From Leucoraja erinacea (lineage: Eukaryota): a DNA stretch of 64,000 nt. Positions 52,476 through 64,000 of this stretch are shown here, one piece after another (positions within the stretch are counted from its first letter, which is position 1; every line of letters starts with the position of its first letter). Both the position numbers and the translations under genes were made by a program. A model generated the notes under the pieces. That model saw only the letters and a list, made by a program, of their open reading frames with translations. It did not search any database and was not told the origin of the DNA. The stretch lies in contig NC_073409.1 in the NCBI RefSeq assembly GCF_028641065.1, forward strand, positions 10,106,001-10,170,000, read 5' to 3'.

Positions 52476-52577
52476 AATTTTATTGGGAGATTATTTATTT
52501 TGGCTGGGAAGGAGGGACATAAGGCTTACCTTGTGTCCCTCCTTCCCAACCAAAATAAATAATCTCCCAATAAAATT
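52476..52577. repeat. 49-bp near-perfect inverted repeat with a 4-nt loop
   Basis: Arms 52476-52524 and 52529-52577 are reverse complements except at two positions. Confidence 0.9.
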
Positions 52578-53869
52578 GTAAAATAAAAAATAAGTAATTA
52601 AAAAAAAATAATAATAATAATGTATATTCGAATTCGGTATGTCAAGAAGCAAAATTGATTAGTCTCCTGAGGAACAATTTCTGAACACGTCAATTTCTGA
52701 AAAGTGTTGAATACTCTTTTGTGTGGCCTTCACTGTTATGCAACTTTCAAAATGTGTGTATTTGTTGAGATTAATTGATGAGCAGGCCTTCTGAAAATCT
52801 TTAGGAGAAAAATTGCTAGATTTACCTACACTTTGTCTTTTGGGCATTTTTCAAGCATTCTTTTCCAATTCCTGGCAATTAGATTGTTTAACTTATTCAC
52901 CTTGCTTCCCAGATTGACCATGCTCTCTGTGTAACCATTAACAGTTCGTGCAAACATATTTTTCTCCCCCTCTAGGTTGGTGCTTGTACAGTCCTCTTTC
53001 ACCACCAGATTCTCCCCACCACTACCACAATCGCCCAAATTCAACTCCAAAATTATTAAGAACTCTTGAATTCTGGTCTAGCACATTCATGATTGGTTGA
53101 ATCGGAGCGTAGCATTGGTGTTTTTCCCGTGGCATGTTTCTGAAATAACTTTAGTTTTGCTCATTCAGATTTGCTTATCAAAGCACAATTGTCCTGAGTT
53201 GACTTTACCGAGTTCTGCAACTATCTTCCCTCAAGTATAATATGTTTTGTTTAGAGATACAATGTGAAAATGTGTTTGAACGTTTCATGCAGAATATTGA
53301 TCATGCATATTAAAATACTTGGATAGTCTGAAGAAGGGTCTCAACCCGAAACGTCGCAATACATTTTCGTATTCGATATCCCTTATTTTCTTAGGAAATT
53401 GGCTGTCCTGTAGACGTCTGGGCACCTGAACTAAAATGACCCAAAGGCCAGGATTTCAGGATCAGCAGAGACTGCCGCTCCCTCATGACCCTGTCTGGGG
53501 AAAATAGAAATTTGCTTTGATGGAAATCTGCCATTGGGGACTTCAGGGGAAAAGGATGGGAAATATTGCCGTGTGAGGGACAAATCCCATCCATAATACT
53601 GAAAAATAAAGGTTTCTTCTGGACAGTATCCTGAGCACAAGATATTTGTATTTGTTTGCCAACCATGCTGCCCAGTCTCCTACTGGAAGTCAATTAGGCT
53701 CAACATGCTGTCTGTATTGGACATAATTTGATTATACTGTCTGTTGAGGCTATTCTTAAGTAATTATACATTCTATTAAATAACAGGCAAGTGGTGTTGT
53801 CTGATACTGAACATCAGTCAGTACATTCAGCGAATGAAGAGTCTGGAATAAAGTCAAAATTTATAAGTG

Positions 53870-54350
53870 AGAGGGGTAGAATTAGGCCATTTGGCGCATA
53901 AAGTCTACTCCACCGTTCAATCATGGCTGATATAACCCCATTCTCCTGCCTTCTCCCCATAACCTCTGGCACCTGTACTCATCAAGAATCTTATCTATCT
54001 CTGCCTTAAAAAATATCCACTGACTTGACCTCCGCAGCCTTCTGTGGCAAATAATTCCACAGATTTACCACCTTCTGACTAAAGACATTTCTCCTCATCT
54101 CTTTCCTAAAAGAACATCCTTTAACTCGGAGGCTATGACCCATCCTAGACTCTCCCACTAGTGGAAACATCATCTCCACATCCACTCTATCCAAATCTTT
54201 CACTATTCTGTATGTTTCAATGAGGTGCCCCCTCAATCTTCTAAACTCCAGTGAGTACAGGCCCAGTGCCAACAAACGCTAATCATAGGTTAACCTACTA
54301 ATTCCTGGGATCATTCTTGCAAACTTCCTCTGGACCCTCTCCAGAGCCAG
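53870..54350 (-). mobile_element. CR1 LINE 3' end
   Basis: ORF LGLYSLEFRRLRGHLIETYRIVK...FSQKVVNLWNYLP. Confidence 0.85.
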
Positions 54351-54460
54351 TTAGGGAAATAAATAAGATTACAACAAAATAATTTGCAATTTTTTTGGTA
54401 ATAAATATAATTTATTATGTTAGCTTCACTAATATTTATAGATATCCCGTTGTAAATTAG

Positions 54461-54586
54461 GATGGAACTGAAGATTTTTTAGAAGACAAAAAGGAAGATC
54501 CTGACATGCTTCTTACACTGACTGAACAAATGGATAAAATGAAAAGGGAGAATCAGCAACTGAAACAAAAACAAGCAGAACTTCAG
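54461..54586 (+). CDS. CCPG1: CCPG1 coding exon 7 (126 nt, phase 0/0, coiled coil)
   Basis: TAG|DGTEDFLEDKKEDPDMLLTLTEQMDKMKRENQQLKQKQAELQ|GTACT; open frame with coiled-coil character. Confidence 0.75.
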
Positions 54587-55829
54587 GTACTAACTGCTCT
54601 TGGATACCTGTATTGCTTTTCTTGATATAATATAAAGCACATTATTTGTATTGAAATTAGTAAAATGTTATCAAATATTATTGTTTGAATACTGGGTCTG
54701 CCAGTATTCTCCAGATTGCCCTAAATTCTCCAGCAAACAACCCTGAATAATTAGTTTTGTGCTGCTGTTCAGATCATAATCGATTGTTGGTCGAGTATGA
54801 GTGTCCTGGTGGATCCTTTCTGTGGGTCTTGAGATGGTTGAAAAAACTGATTCCAGAGTCACAGACTTTATTGCAGTATATCCCTCCAGGTGGATGCTTG
54901 TGAGACACATCTTTTAACATGCAGAGACTGATGCGTGAACATCCACCACACCATCCTTGACAGATACCTACCCGGGTCCAACTCCATGGACAGTTAGGAG
55001 TTAATCTCTGCGAACCTCCCCCTCGAACTGCCTGCCATGGCTGACCCCATTCTCCAAATGGCTCGGCTCCACTCCCAAGATCTTACACACATGCAAGCCT
55101 CTCCACCGTGATAAAGTTGTTCGGAAGTTCATAAGTGATCGGAGCAGAATTAGGCTATTCGGCCCATCAAGTCTATTCTGCCATTCAATCATGGCTGATC
55201 TTTCCCTCTTAATCCCATTCACTGCCTTCTCCACATAACCCTTGACAGTAGACCACGGAGAAGACTGTTCAGATTACAGAAACCATGAATCGTTTCTGTA
55301 TATGTGAAATTAGCAGATATTTTCCATGTGTAATGCAATTCATAAATGATGCCATCATGCACAATCCATCCATTCATTTTAAGTATGATTAATATGCATA
55401 AATTACTTTCTAATTCTCCTCCATCCCTATTCAATATTATTCTTTAACCCTCCCCTCTATTCTAAGATGCCTTTTTATTACTTTCTCACATCTACAATGG
55501 TATAAAACTAGTTTAGACAATGCAGTGAATATTTAAATTTTAGCATCATTATTCTGAAGGCTTTTTAGAACAAGTGTAAATTGATTCCATTCAGGACATT
55601 GAAGTCATTATATTTCTACAAATGTTAGTTTGTAGGATTATTTGCTCGTATACTACATGGCATTCTGTGGATGACTGAATACAGAGTACAAAAGTACACA
55701 GATGGCAATATACATTTGCCATCCAGAATGAGTTCCTAGATGACCTAGTGAATCACTTTCTCTCAAAAGTATTTATCTCTGCTCGGAGGAGTGATGTGTT
55801 ACCGATGAAATATTTAATTATTTTTAAGG

Positions 55830-56400
55830 GTGTTTTATTGTCAAATGTCCTGAAACGGAACAATGAAATTCCTATTTGCAGCTGCACAACACAAATGCAA
55901 ATATAGCACTGTAACATTGCAATAAACACCATAAAAAGTTCTATAACAAGCAATAATAGTGCAAAGACAAGAAGATGCCCACCAATCTATTTAACTTGGA
56001 GCCTATTTGGAGGTTGTAGTGTTTAATAGCCTGATGGTTGTAGGGAAGAAGCTGTTACTGAAACTGGACGTTAGTTTACAGGCTCCTATACCACCACCTC
56101 AATGGCAGGAGTGAAATAGGAATATGGACAGGGTGGTGTGGTCTCTAATGCTGAATACCTTTTTGAGGCAGAGACTCCTATAGATCTAATGGGGAGGTCA
56201 GTACCCGTAATAGACTGGGCAGTGTTCACCACTTTTTGTCATCTTTGTTTGTGAGCTTTTGTGTTGCCGAACCAGGCCTTGATACAACCAGTCAATATGC
56301 TTTCTCCTGTACACCTGTAGACGTTCAAGAGAGTATTTATTGACATACTGAATCTTCGAAGGAAGTAGAGGTGTTGATCGGCTTTCTTTAAGATTGCATC
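55830..56400 (-). mobile_element. Rex1/Babar-like LINE 3' fragment
   Basis: GTGTTTAATAGCCTGATGGTTGTAGGGAAGAAGCTGTT...GGAAGTAGAGGTGTTG; polyA-signal complement TTTATTG at ~55834. Confidence 0.6.
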
Positions 56401-56860
56401 TCTTTTAGGATAGGTACTTTTAAATACTGTTTTTCATAATTGATGACTGCTGCTATGAAAAGCTTGTAGTAAGCTTGTAGAATTTCCCAGCAAGTTTGGG
56501 ATGGTACCTACAACTTAAAGGTTTCTACAAATGAGATTTCTATTTTTCCAAAGAAATTGTTACAATAAAAAGTAAAGTTTGATTCCTCATCTGCTTCAGT
56601 GATTCTGGAAAATATGTGTGACCATCTACTGGTAAACAGCAGAAGGGATATCTATTTAGAATTTTCAATAATTTCAGTGACTTCTTTCAATAGGTCTATT
56701 AAGGATATTTTGAAATGTAGCATGTACTTAATAGTTATTGAAATGTAGAATTTGGCTCCTATTTAATTTTGTTGCCCTATAATATGACTAATAAACTGAC
56801 TTTATAATGCACATTGCCTTTATAAATGGATATTTAACAATTTTTATTACGATTATTTAG

Positions 56861-58296
56861 TCACAAGGAGAAAACTTGGAAACTCGTTTAAAAGAAACTG
56901 TGGATGAGAGGCTTTCGGTTGAGTCACAGCAGCAAGTGCTTGCCAAAGAAAACCAGCGTATGAAAGAATCCCTGGAGCATGAAGAGAAAGCATTATCCTT
57001 GTTGCAGAATGAGCTTCGGAAGTTGAGGGAACAAATCAGGACATTGGAAGGAAAGGGAATGGATGCTGAAACAATTATCACGGAAAACCAGAAACTGAAG
57101 GATCATCTAGAAGAAGAAAAACAACAAGTACACAGTTTCCTTCTACAGAAGGGGACCCTTGTGACTGAGGCTCAGATGCTAAGAAAGGAATTGGATAAAG
57201 AAAGAGAAATAACTGATGTACTGCGTAAGGAACTGGATACCTTGAGTCATTTTCAATCTATGCCTGATACAGCCCAAGATGGTAAAATAACAGAAGGTTT
57301 ACAAACAAGACTTGCAGAGCTAGAGAAAAAATTGGATTTTGAACAGCAACGCTCTGACTTGTGGGAAAGACTTTATCTTGAATCAAAGGAAGAAAACACA
57401 GACCCTGCAACTAAGAAAACAGAAAAGAAGCAAGGGCCAAAAACAAATCGGGAGTTTTATGGAACTAGGGATAAAAAGAAGCAATCTAAAGGCTTTATAA
57501 GATCATTTAAGAATACGTTTGACGCTGTGAAAAACTCAACCAAAGAGTTTGTGCGTCATCATAAAGAAAAGATTAAACTGGCAAAAGAAGCTGTTAAAGA
57601 AAATCTTAAGAGATTCTCTGATTCTGTTAAATCCACATTCCAGAACTTCCAAAACTCAGCAAAAACATTATTTCACAAAAATAAGAGACGTGATGACGCA
57701 GATGCAAAAACTAAACGGCATGGATTCCAGCAACGTCACAATGAACACCCATGTAAAACGAACAAGTGCAGACAACATGGTGTTCATGGAGACAAAGATT
57801 CCTATCAACATAAACCCAGACAAGCCACTCATGATGAGATCCACGGTAGCAATTCAAGGAAACCGCACAGAATGCACGCTGAGAACTCTCACAGTTTTGA
57901 ATCGGGTGAACATGATCACTTGGGAAAACATGCACACTACAAGAGCCCTAAAGGTTGCTCTGATGTTTTTGAATGTGCCCACCAAGAATCTTTGAGTCTA
58001 TTTAATAAAGTCCTTGACCCCATCAAGATGGAAGAATTTCATGAGCTTCTCCATAATTACCTTCAACGAGAGATGGTCGACTTCCAAAGCTGGAGTGAGC
58101 TGGAGAAATTTATCAACCGTTTTTTCCGTAATGGGCTTTTTATACATGACCAAATGTTATTCTCTGATTTTGTTAACGATGTTGAAGATTATCTTGAAGA
58201 TATTGCAGAGCACCAAGAAGGCAACCATGATGGTTTTGATGACCTGGATGGATACATCTATCAGCACTTGTTTGGTGACAATTACATTAACCCAAG
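56861..58296 (+). CDS. CCPG1: CCPG1 coding exon 8 (large luminal exon)
   Basis: SQGENLET...EEKALSLLQNELRKLREQIR...LDFEQQRSDLWERLY...FDAVKNSTKEFVRHHKEKIK...CSDVFECAHQES...FIHDQMLFSDFVNDVEDYL; donor AG|GTAAT. Confidence 0.96.
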
Positions 58297-59124
58297 GTAA
58301 TAGTTTGCTCTTTTATCCAGTTGATTTAGAATTGTTTGTTTCTGAAATTATTTAAGTTGTACAGTTACATTCACGATATTCAGAATTTAACTCGCCATTT
58401 GAAATTGGCCGATAGAGCAGGATACTGTTTATAACTTTGGGATTGTTTTTTGATTTGATACGTGATAGATTCAATCCTAGCCAATAGGAATTTGTTAAAC
58501 TAAAAGCCACCAGAGGCTAAAAATTTAAAATAAATACAGAAAATACTGGACTTCCTCAGCATGTTGGGCTGCATCTGTGGAGAGAGAAATAGTTCGCATT
58601 TTGGGTTGATCGCTGTTCCTCCACAAACTTTGAATGTCTTTCTCCATCATGTCGCCAACCTGCTGAGAACCGTCCAGTATTTTCTGTTATATTTGGAATT
58701 CTGTAATGAATGTTTTGGGTGTAGGAGTGAGTAAGCATAACAGAATTTCAGCTATAATAGTGCGAGACAAACAAAGTTCCAGAAATATTAACACAAAGGA
58801 ATCTTCAGAACTACAACTTTATTCTCATATTTGGCAAACTGTAAGGATTCTACCAGATTTCTGTCCGTGTCATATTCCAGTTTATAAAAGTCTTCTACAC
58901 CTGTTTCTTTTTAACTATGTAAGAGGTATTGAAGATCAATCACAATTAATTTCCTGTCAGTTGGCCAGCCAGTGCCTTCATTAGACAGTTGGAATCTGCA
59001 CTGAATATCCAGTTGCCAGTTTGGACCGCAGATTTTTAGAAGTCTCCATTAATAGAAGATAGATTCATCAAATCAAATCCACTTAATTTAAGATCCTTCA
59101 ATAAGAAAAAGATTCATTACTTTT

Positions 59125-59360
59125 GAACATTGAACAGTACTGGACAGAAGCAGGCCCTTTGGCCCACAATGTCTGAACATGATGCCAAGACCAAATTTGC
59201 CTGCACATAATCCATATACCTCTGTTCCCTGCAAATTCACATGCCTATCCAAAAGGCTCTTAAATGCCACTCTCAAATCTGTCTCCACCACCAACCCCAG
59301 TTCCAGGCACTCACCACCCTCTGCGTATATCATCTTTAAACCTTGTCCCTCTCACCTTAA
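59125..59360 (-). mobile_element. CR1 LINE 3' fragment
   Basis: CAGGCCCTTTGGCCCACAATGTC...CAGGCACTCACCACCCTCTG. Confidence 0.65.
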
Positions 59361-59584
59361 TTTTGATTGATACCCAGGTGGTCTATTGAATGATATCTAG
59401 GTAGTCTATTGATTGAAAAATGAAATATATGTATAACATTCGCCGATAGCCATAAAATATCTCCTCAACCTACTGAGTTCCCTTTTGCTTTACCAATGCT
59501 CCAAGACCATGTATCAAAAGATCATTATCAATACATTCATCTACTCCTTTTCTAAAGTAAGATTATTATAATGCTGCTTGAAAT

Positions 59585-59920
59585 AACCATATAACAATTG
59601 CAGCATGGAAACAGGCCATCTCGGCCCTACAAGTCCGTGCCGAACAACTTTTTTCCCCTTAGTCCCACCTGCCTGCACTCATACCATAACCCTCCATTCC
59701 CTTCTCATCCATATGCCTATCCAATTTATTTTTAAATGTTACCAACGAACCTGCCGCCACCACTTCCACTGGAAGCTCATTCCACACCACTACCACTCTC
59801 TGAGTAAAGAAGTTCCCCCTCATGTTACCCCTAAACTTCTGTCCCTTAATTCTGAAGTCATGTCCTCTTCTTTGAATCTTCCCTATTCTCAAAGGGAAAA
59901 GCTTGTCCACATCAACTCTG
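59585..59920 (-). mobile_element. CR1 LINE 3' end
   Basis: ORF RGHDFRIKGQKFRGNMRGNFFTQRVVVVWNELP. Confidence 0.85.
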
Positions 59921-60081
59921 TAGGTTGTGGCCGTAGTATTTCTAAATGTGGCCGAAATGTGGCCGTAGTATTTCTAAAAACCTATTGCACTTATACTAAT
60001 GCACATTGGGAATTACAACTGAATAGACAAATCTTGGCTATTTTACTTAAAAGCCATAATGAATAATTTTTATTTTTGCAG

Positions 60082-60283
60082 TCCACTTTACGATGCTGAT
60101 AAATACAGAAAGCATAATTCTAAACATGCATCTGGCTCCAGGCAACAGAGACCTGAAAGGAAATACCAGCAGGCTTACCACCACAGGGATTGTAAATGGA
60201 ACAAGCCAGGACGTACCAATGGGAGACACATGGCGAATGTTGAAATTGAGCTGGGGCCGATGCCTTTTGATCCAAAATATTAA
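60082..60283 (+). CDS. CCPG1: CCPG1 last coding exon (core spliced CDS 2586 nt, 861 aa)
   Basis: TTTTTGCAG|..PLYDADK...[29 protein letters not shown], the conserved CCPG1 C-terminus. Confidence 0.95.
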
Positions 60284-60927
60284 ATGGGTGTGTTCTTCAT
60301 AAGTATGTGTTTGAACATGTTCAGACTTATCTGATTGCTGTTTGTGGTACATGCCTTAGAATAATGACGTTTGTTTTGAAACAATATGCATTTCATTTGA
60401 CTTTGAATAATAAGAGAGTAGATGTAGTTTTGCTAATAATATTCCACCTGTATTTGCAATGTGCTGGTCAGAGATTTCCTGAGCAGTTGTGTTGTGCAAA
60501 GTATGTTGTGCTAAACAAAGTTTAGGATTAAGTAAGAGTTCAAGTTGCTGGATCTTTAATGCATTTACAAAGTCTATTCGTATACTGGTGTATGTGCATG
60601 AAACGCAAGTCTCTTTTGCCTTAGCAAATTCGTAATTTGCTATCATGTGAATCTAAATTCCATATTGTGTAAATTATTAATATTGGTGTGCTGAATTTAA
60701 ATTTCTTTTGAAGATTGTAATTTAATTCCATGGCAAAAATTGGTCCATTTTTACCTTCCCCCATGTTGTGAATAATTTTACACAAATATATATATCTGCC
60801 TTTTATGATTTCAAGGGATAAAGAGAAGGGTTGCATTTTTAATTTAAAATCAGTTACATTGCATCTACATTTTCCATTTGACAAAATGAACAATTGTAGG
60901 CAAACAAAAATGTTAAAATCAATTGAT

Positions 60928-61088
60928 AATAAAAGTTCTGGCTTAACTCTTTATTTGTGAAACTGTTTTATTCGTGTGGCGAGTTTGTATGTGCTTAAGA
61001 ATATATCAACCAGGAATGGTCACCCAATATTTCAACATGTATATGAATCTGATTTACTGTATACTGATGCAGCTACCGCAAAAATAAA
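60928..61088 (+). terminator. Candidate CCPG1 polyadenylation signals
   Basis: AATAAA at 60928-60933 and 61083-61088, each followed by T/GT-rich sequence. Confidence 0.5.
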
Positions 61089-62289
61089 TTCTGTAGTTTC
61101 AAAATGTTTTTTTTGTTAAGTTAAGAACTTGGTTTTCAGTCTTTTGTGACCATTATTTGAATTTCTTGATTCAACAGACCATCTCCTATGCCTAAAGAGA
61201 GGTTCTGACTTGAAACATCACCTATGCATGCTCTCCAGAGATGCTGCCTGATCTGCTGAGTTGGTTCAACACTTTTTTAATTTCCAAAGTAAACTTGTTT
61301 CCAAAGAGATTTTAGAATGGCAGCAAAATATATAAGGAATTTATAGGGTATGATCTTGTTCCATCAATACCTGGTAAAAAGGAGAAAAACTGCCACTAAG
61401 CTCAGAAGCCATTAAAGGACAATAAGGCATAAACATTTTGTTTTTGACTATATTTAGATATTGATCTAACTGCTGATATTAACCTGACTGCTATATGTGA
61501 AGTGTATACTTGTGGGTTATATCTGTGGAGTACCATTGGCAGAGGTGTATTGCTGAATATTTGGAAAGGTGCAATATGCAATTACTAATTCAGAACCCCT
61601 TTAGGAGGAGGGTGAGTTAATTCTGATAGATGTGAAGTCTGTGAGCAGGGAATTGTAGCCTCATGGTGTTTGTGTGTAAAAGTGCATTTCATTTTGTATA
61701 GATTTAAAAAAGGCTTCTGAGTGCAAGTTTTCAATTAGTTTCCTACACACCTATTTAATTTAGTGAGGATAAAATATAGTATTATTGAATATTTTCAACT
61801 TTAACATAACCATTGCAGTTAAATATCCATCCTTAACCATTTTCAGAGCACCTGACCTGGAGCCTGGCCCCAACCAGTGCATATTAAGCTAGTGAACCTG
61901 TGCGGATGGCGGTTTTCTAGGATTCAACTGAAGAAAGGCCAACATTCTGCCATAATCCCTCTTTCACTAACATCTATCACAATTCAAATGGTGGTAATAA
62001 ATCGAGACATCAGATATAAGGAAAGCTGCCTTGCAAGTTAATAATCTCTTTCATCTTCATGAATAAAATCCACTTAAGATGAGGTCTTAACTATTCTTAG
62101 TTCCCTTTGTTATTAAGATCTTGGGTTGCACATATTTATGTCCAATATTGTTTTACCACTTTAATTGACTAATGCAGTGCTGTTATATATTTTATGGTTT
62201 TAAGGTTTGCAATTTGAGTAATACGAATAGCAGACAAATATCTGAGACAAGATCTTGTACCATCTGGATAGATAAGGTCTGCTTAGGGA

Positions 62290-62770
62290 GCATTGATTCA
62301 TGCGAGGGGAAATGTGTCTCATAAATCTGTTCTTTTTGAAGAGATAACCAAGGGGATTGATGAGGGCAGGGAGATGGTTGCTGTCTAAGGATTTTAGTAA
62401 GCCTTTGATAAAGTCTTGTATGATAGGCTAGTCAGGAAGTTTAGAACACATACATTCCAGAGAGCATTGGATACATAATTGGCTTGATAGTTGGAAGTAG
62501 AAACTGATGGTGGAAGGTTGGTTTTAAAAAAAATTGGAGGCCTGTAACTAGTGATGTGCACGGGAATTGGTGCTGGGCCTGTTGTTATTAGTCAACCAAA
62601 CAATTTGGATGAGAATGTACAAAGCATGGTTAGTAAGTTTGCAGATGACACAAAAATAATAGGTATTATAGACGGCGAAGAAGGTTGACAAATCTTGCTG
62701 TGTGATCTGAATCGCTGGTTAAGTAAGCCAAGAAATGGTAAACAGGGTTCAATGGGTCAAGTGTGAGGAG
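62290..62770 (+). mobile_element. CR1 RT fragment (degenerate)
   Basis: GATTTTAGTAAGCCTTTGATAAAGTC (DFSKAFD-like) and AGTAAGTTTGCAGATGACACAAAA (SKFADDTK). Confidence 0.75.
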
Positions 62771-63269
62771 TGTATGGAAAGAGAAAGATTGAGTCAACAC
62801 AATCTCCTGCACTGACTTGGAACACAAAATAAATTATATTATCTTGAGCAAAAAGCAATGTGCTGGAGGAACTGATGTCCTCAAGAAGGGACTCAACCCA
62901 ATATGTCACCTGTTCATTCCTTCCATAGATATTACCTGACCCACTTGAGTTACTCCAACACTTTTTTTTTAGTGCAAGATTTCAGGAACTGCAGTTTCTC
63001 GCATCTCCAATAAGATTAGCTTGTAAGTTTGAGAGAAATATAAATACGTAATGAAAAACCTTTCAAAATAAATGCTAGGATGCTGTAAGGTTCCCCCTAT
63101 TTCATCCCTTGTAAACTGGAATAGTAAACTTGTTAATAAGTTTGCCATGTCAGTTTCAGAAGCATTATGGTAATTTATTGAATTTAGTCAATTTCAATAA
63201 TATGATTTGAGTGAAATGTTTCAATTCTCAACATATATCGTTGCATGCAGATCTGTGACACATTTCAAA

Positions 63270-63640
63270 GGCGTGAAATAGATCCTATTCCCTTTCTTCA
63301 GAGATGTTGCCTGACCCGCTGAGTTACTCCAGCTGTTTGCGTCTATCTTCGGTGTAAACCAGCATCTGCAGTTCCTTTCCACACAGTTGTGTTTAAGTGG
63401 GTCTGCAATCCAAGAAGGAAGTAGAAGGGAGACACAGAAAATGCAGGAGTAACTCAGCGGGACAGGCAGCAGCATCTCTGGAGAGAAGGGTTTCAGCATC
63501 TCAGTCTGAAACCCTCAGGGTTTCGGGCCGAAACGTCACCTATTTCTTTCGCTCCATAGATGATGCTGCACCCGCTGAGTTTCTCCAGCATTTTTGTGTA
63601 CCTTCGATCTTCCAGCATCTGCAGTTCCTTCTTTAACACA
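63270..63640. mobile_element. Cluster of three short Penelope-like repeat arms (+, -, +)
   Basis: GAGATGTTGCCTGACCCGCTGAGTTACTCCAGC (+); GGAGTAACTCAGCGGGACAGGCAGCAGCATCTCTGG (-); GGGTTTCGGGCCGAAACGTCACC...CTCCAGCATTTTTGTGTACC (+). Confidence 0.7.
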
Positions 63641-64000
63641 GTGATCTAACCTGACTGCTATCTGTGAAGTGTATACTTGTGGGTTCTATCTGTGGAGTAC
63701 CATTGGCAGAGGTGTATTGCTGAATATTTGGAAAGGTACAAATATGCAATTACTCAGGATCTTTGGAATTGAGTGTTGGTGCAGTGGAGAGTGCAGTGGA
63801 GAGATAAGTTTATTTGGCCTTCCATCACAGCAATGTGATGGATGTTTATGTAAATTATGTTGTGTCTTGGGTCTATGTGTCTGTAATGTATGGCTGCAGA
63901 AACGGCATTTCGTTTGGACCTCAAGGGGTCCAAATGACAATTAAATGTATCTTGTATCTTGGGGGGAGGGGGGAGGGGGAGGGGAGGGGGAGGAGGCCGC

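Larger units (their letters stand above)
61480..63754 (+). repeat. Dispersed direct duplication (~107 bp): 61480-61586 and 63647-63754
   Basis: TAACCTGACTGCTAT(A/C)TGTGAAGTGTATACTTGTGGGTT...ATATGCAATTACT is present twice with few differences. Confidence 0.9.

Noticed and set aside
57549-58355. Alternative-frame ORFs (148 aa and 113 aa) overlapping the large CCPG1 exon
   Set aside because: They are frame shadows of a long coding exon with no supporting features.
59928-59976. Short tandem duplication TGTGGCCGTAGTATTTCTAAA, with similar ones near 13808 and 12050
   Set aside because: These are ordinary slippage or insertion-junction duplications with no sign of function.
61100-64000. Expected convergent PIGB 3' exons (human synteny)
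   Set aside because: I could not recognise any PIGB-like coding sequence on the minus strand within the window.

Overview
This is AT-rich, intron-rich vertebrate genomic DNA. Its repeats (HE1-like tRNA SINEs with CR1-type tails, CR1 and Rex1/Babar LINE fragments) point to a cartilaginous fish, probably a skate or ray; that assignment is an inference. The window holds the conserved DNAAF4(DYX1C1)-PIERCE2(C15orf65)-CCPG1 block. DNAAF4 (+) has 9 coding exons at 7196-19151 (426 aa). PIERCE2 (-) is one ORF at 22596-23564 (322 aa) with a long repeat-containing N-terminal extension. CCPG1 (+) has a putative non-coding first exon ending at 24902 and 9 core coding exons at 33231-60283 (861 aa). PIERCE2 and CCPG1 appear to share a CpG-rich divergent promoter with a near-perfect RFX X-box and a ZNF143/THAP11 motif, next to an ~850-bp 12-mer minisatellite. 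The main observations are: (1) two candidate frame-preserving short cassette exons (12 and 39 nt) right after the CCPG1 transmembrane exon, in a TGCATG-rich intron; (2) the greatly extended PIERCE2; (3) a high-copy short retroposed repeat carrying a hammerhead-ribozyme-like core, some copies with target-site duplications or in inverted pairs; (4) a 49-bp foldback hairpin beside a CCPG1 splice donor; (5) a CpG-retaining TIR element. Exon boundaries were read by eye from GT/AG signals and phase consistency. No database searches were run.
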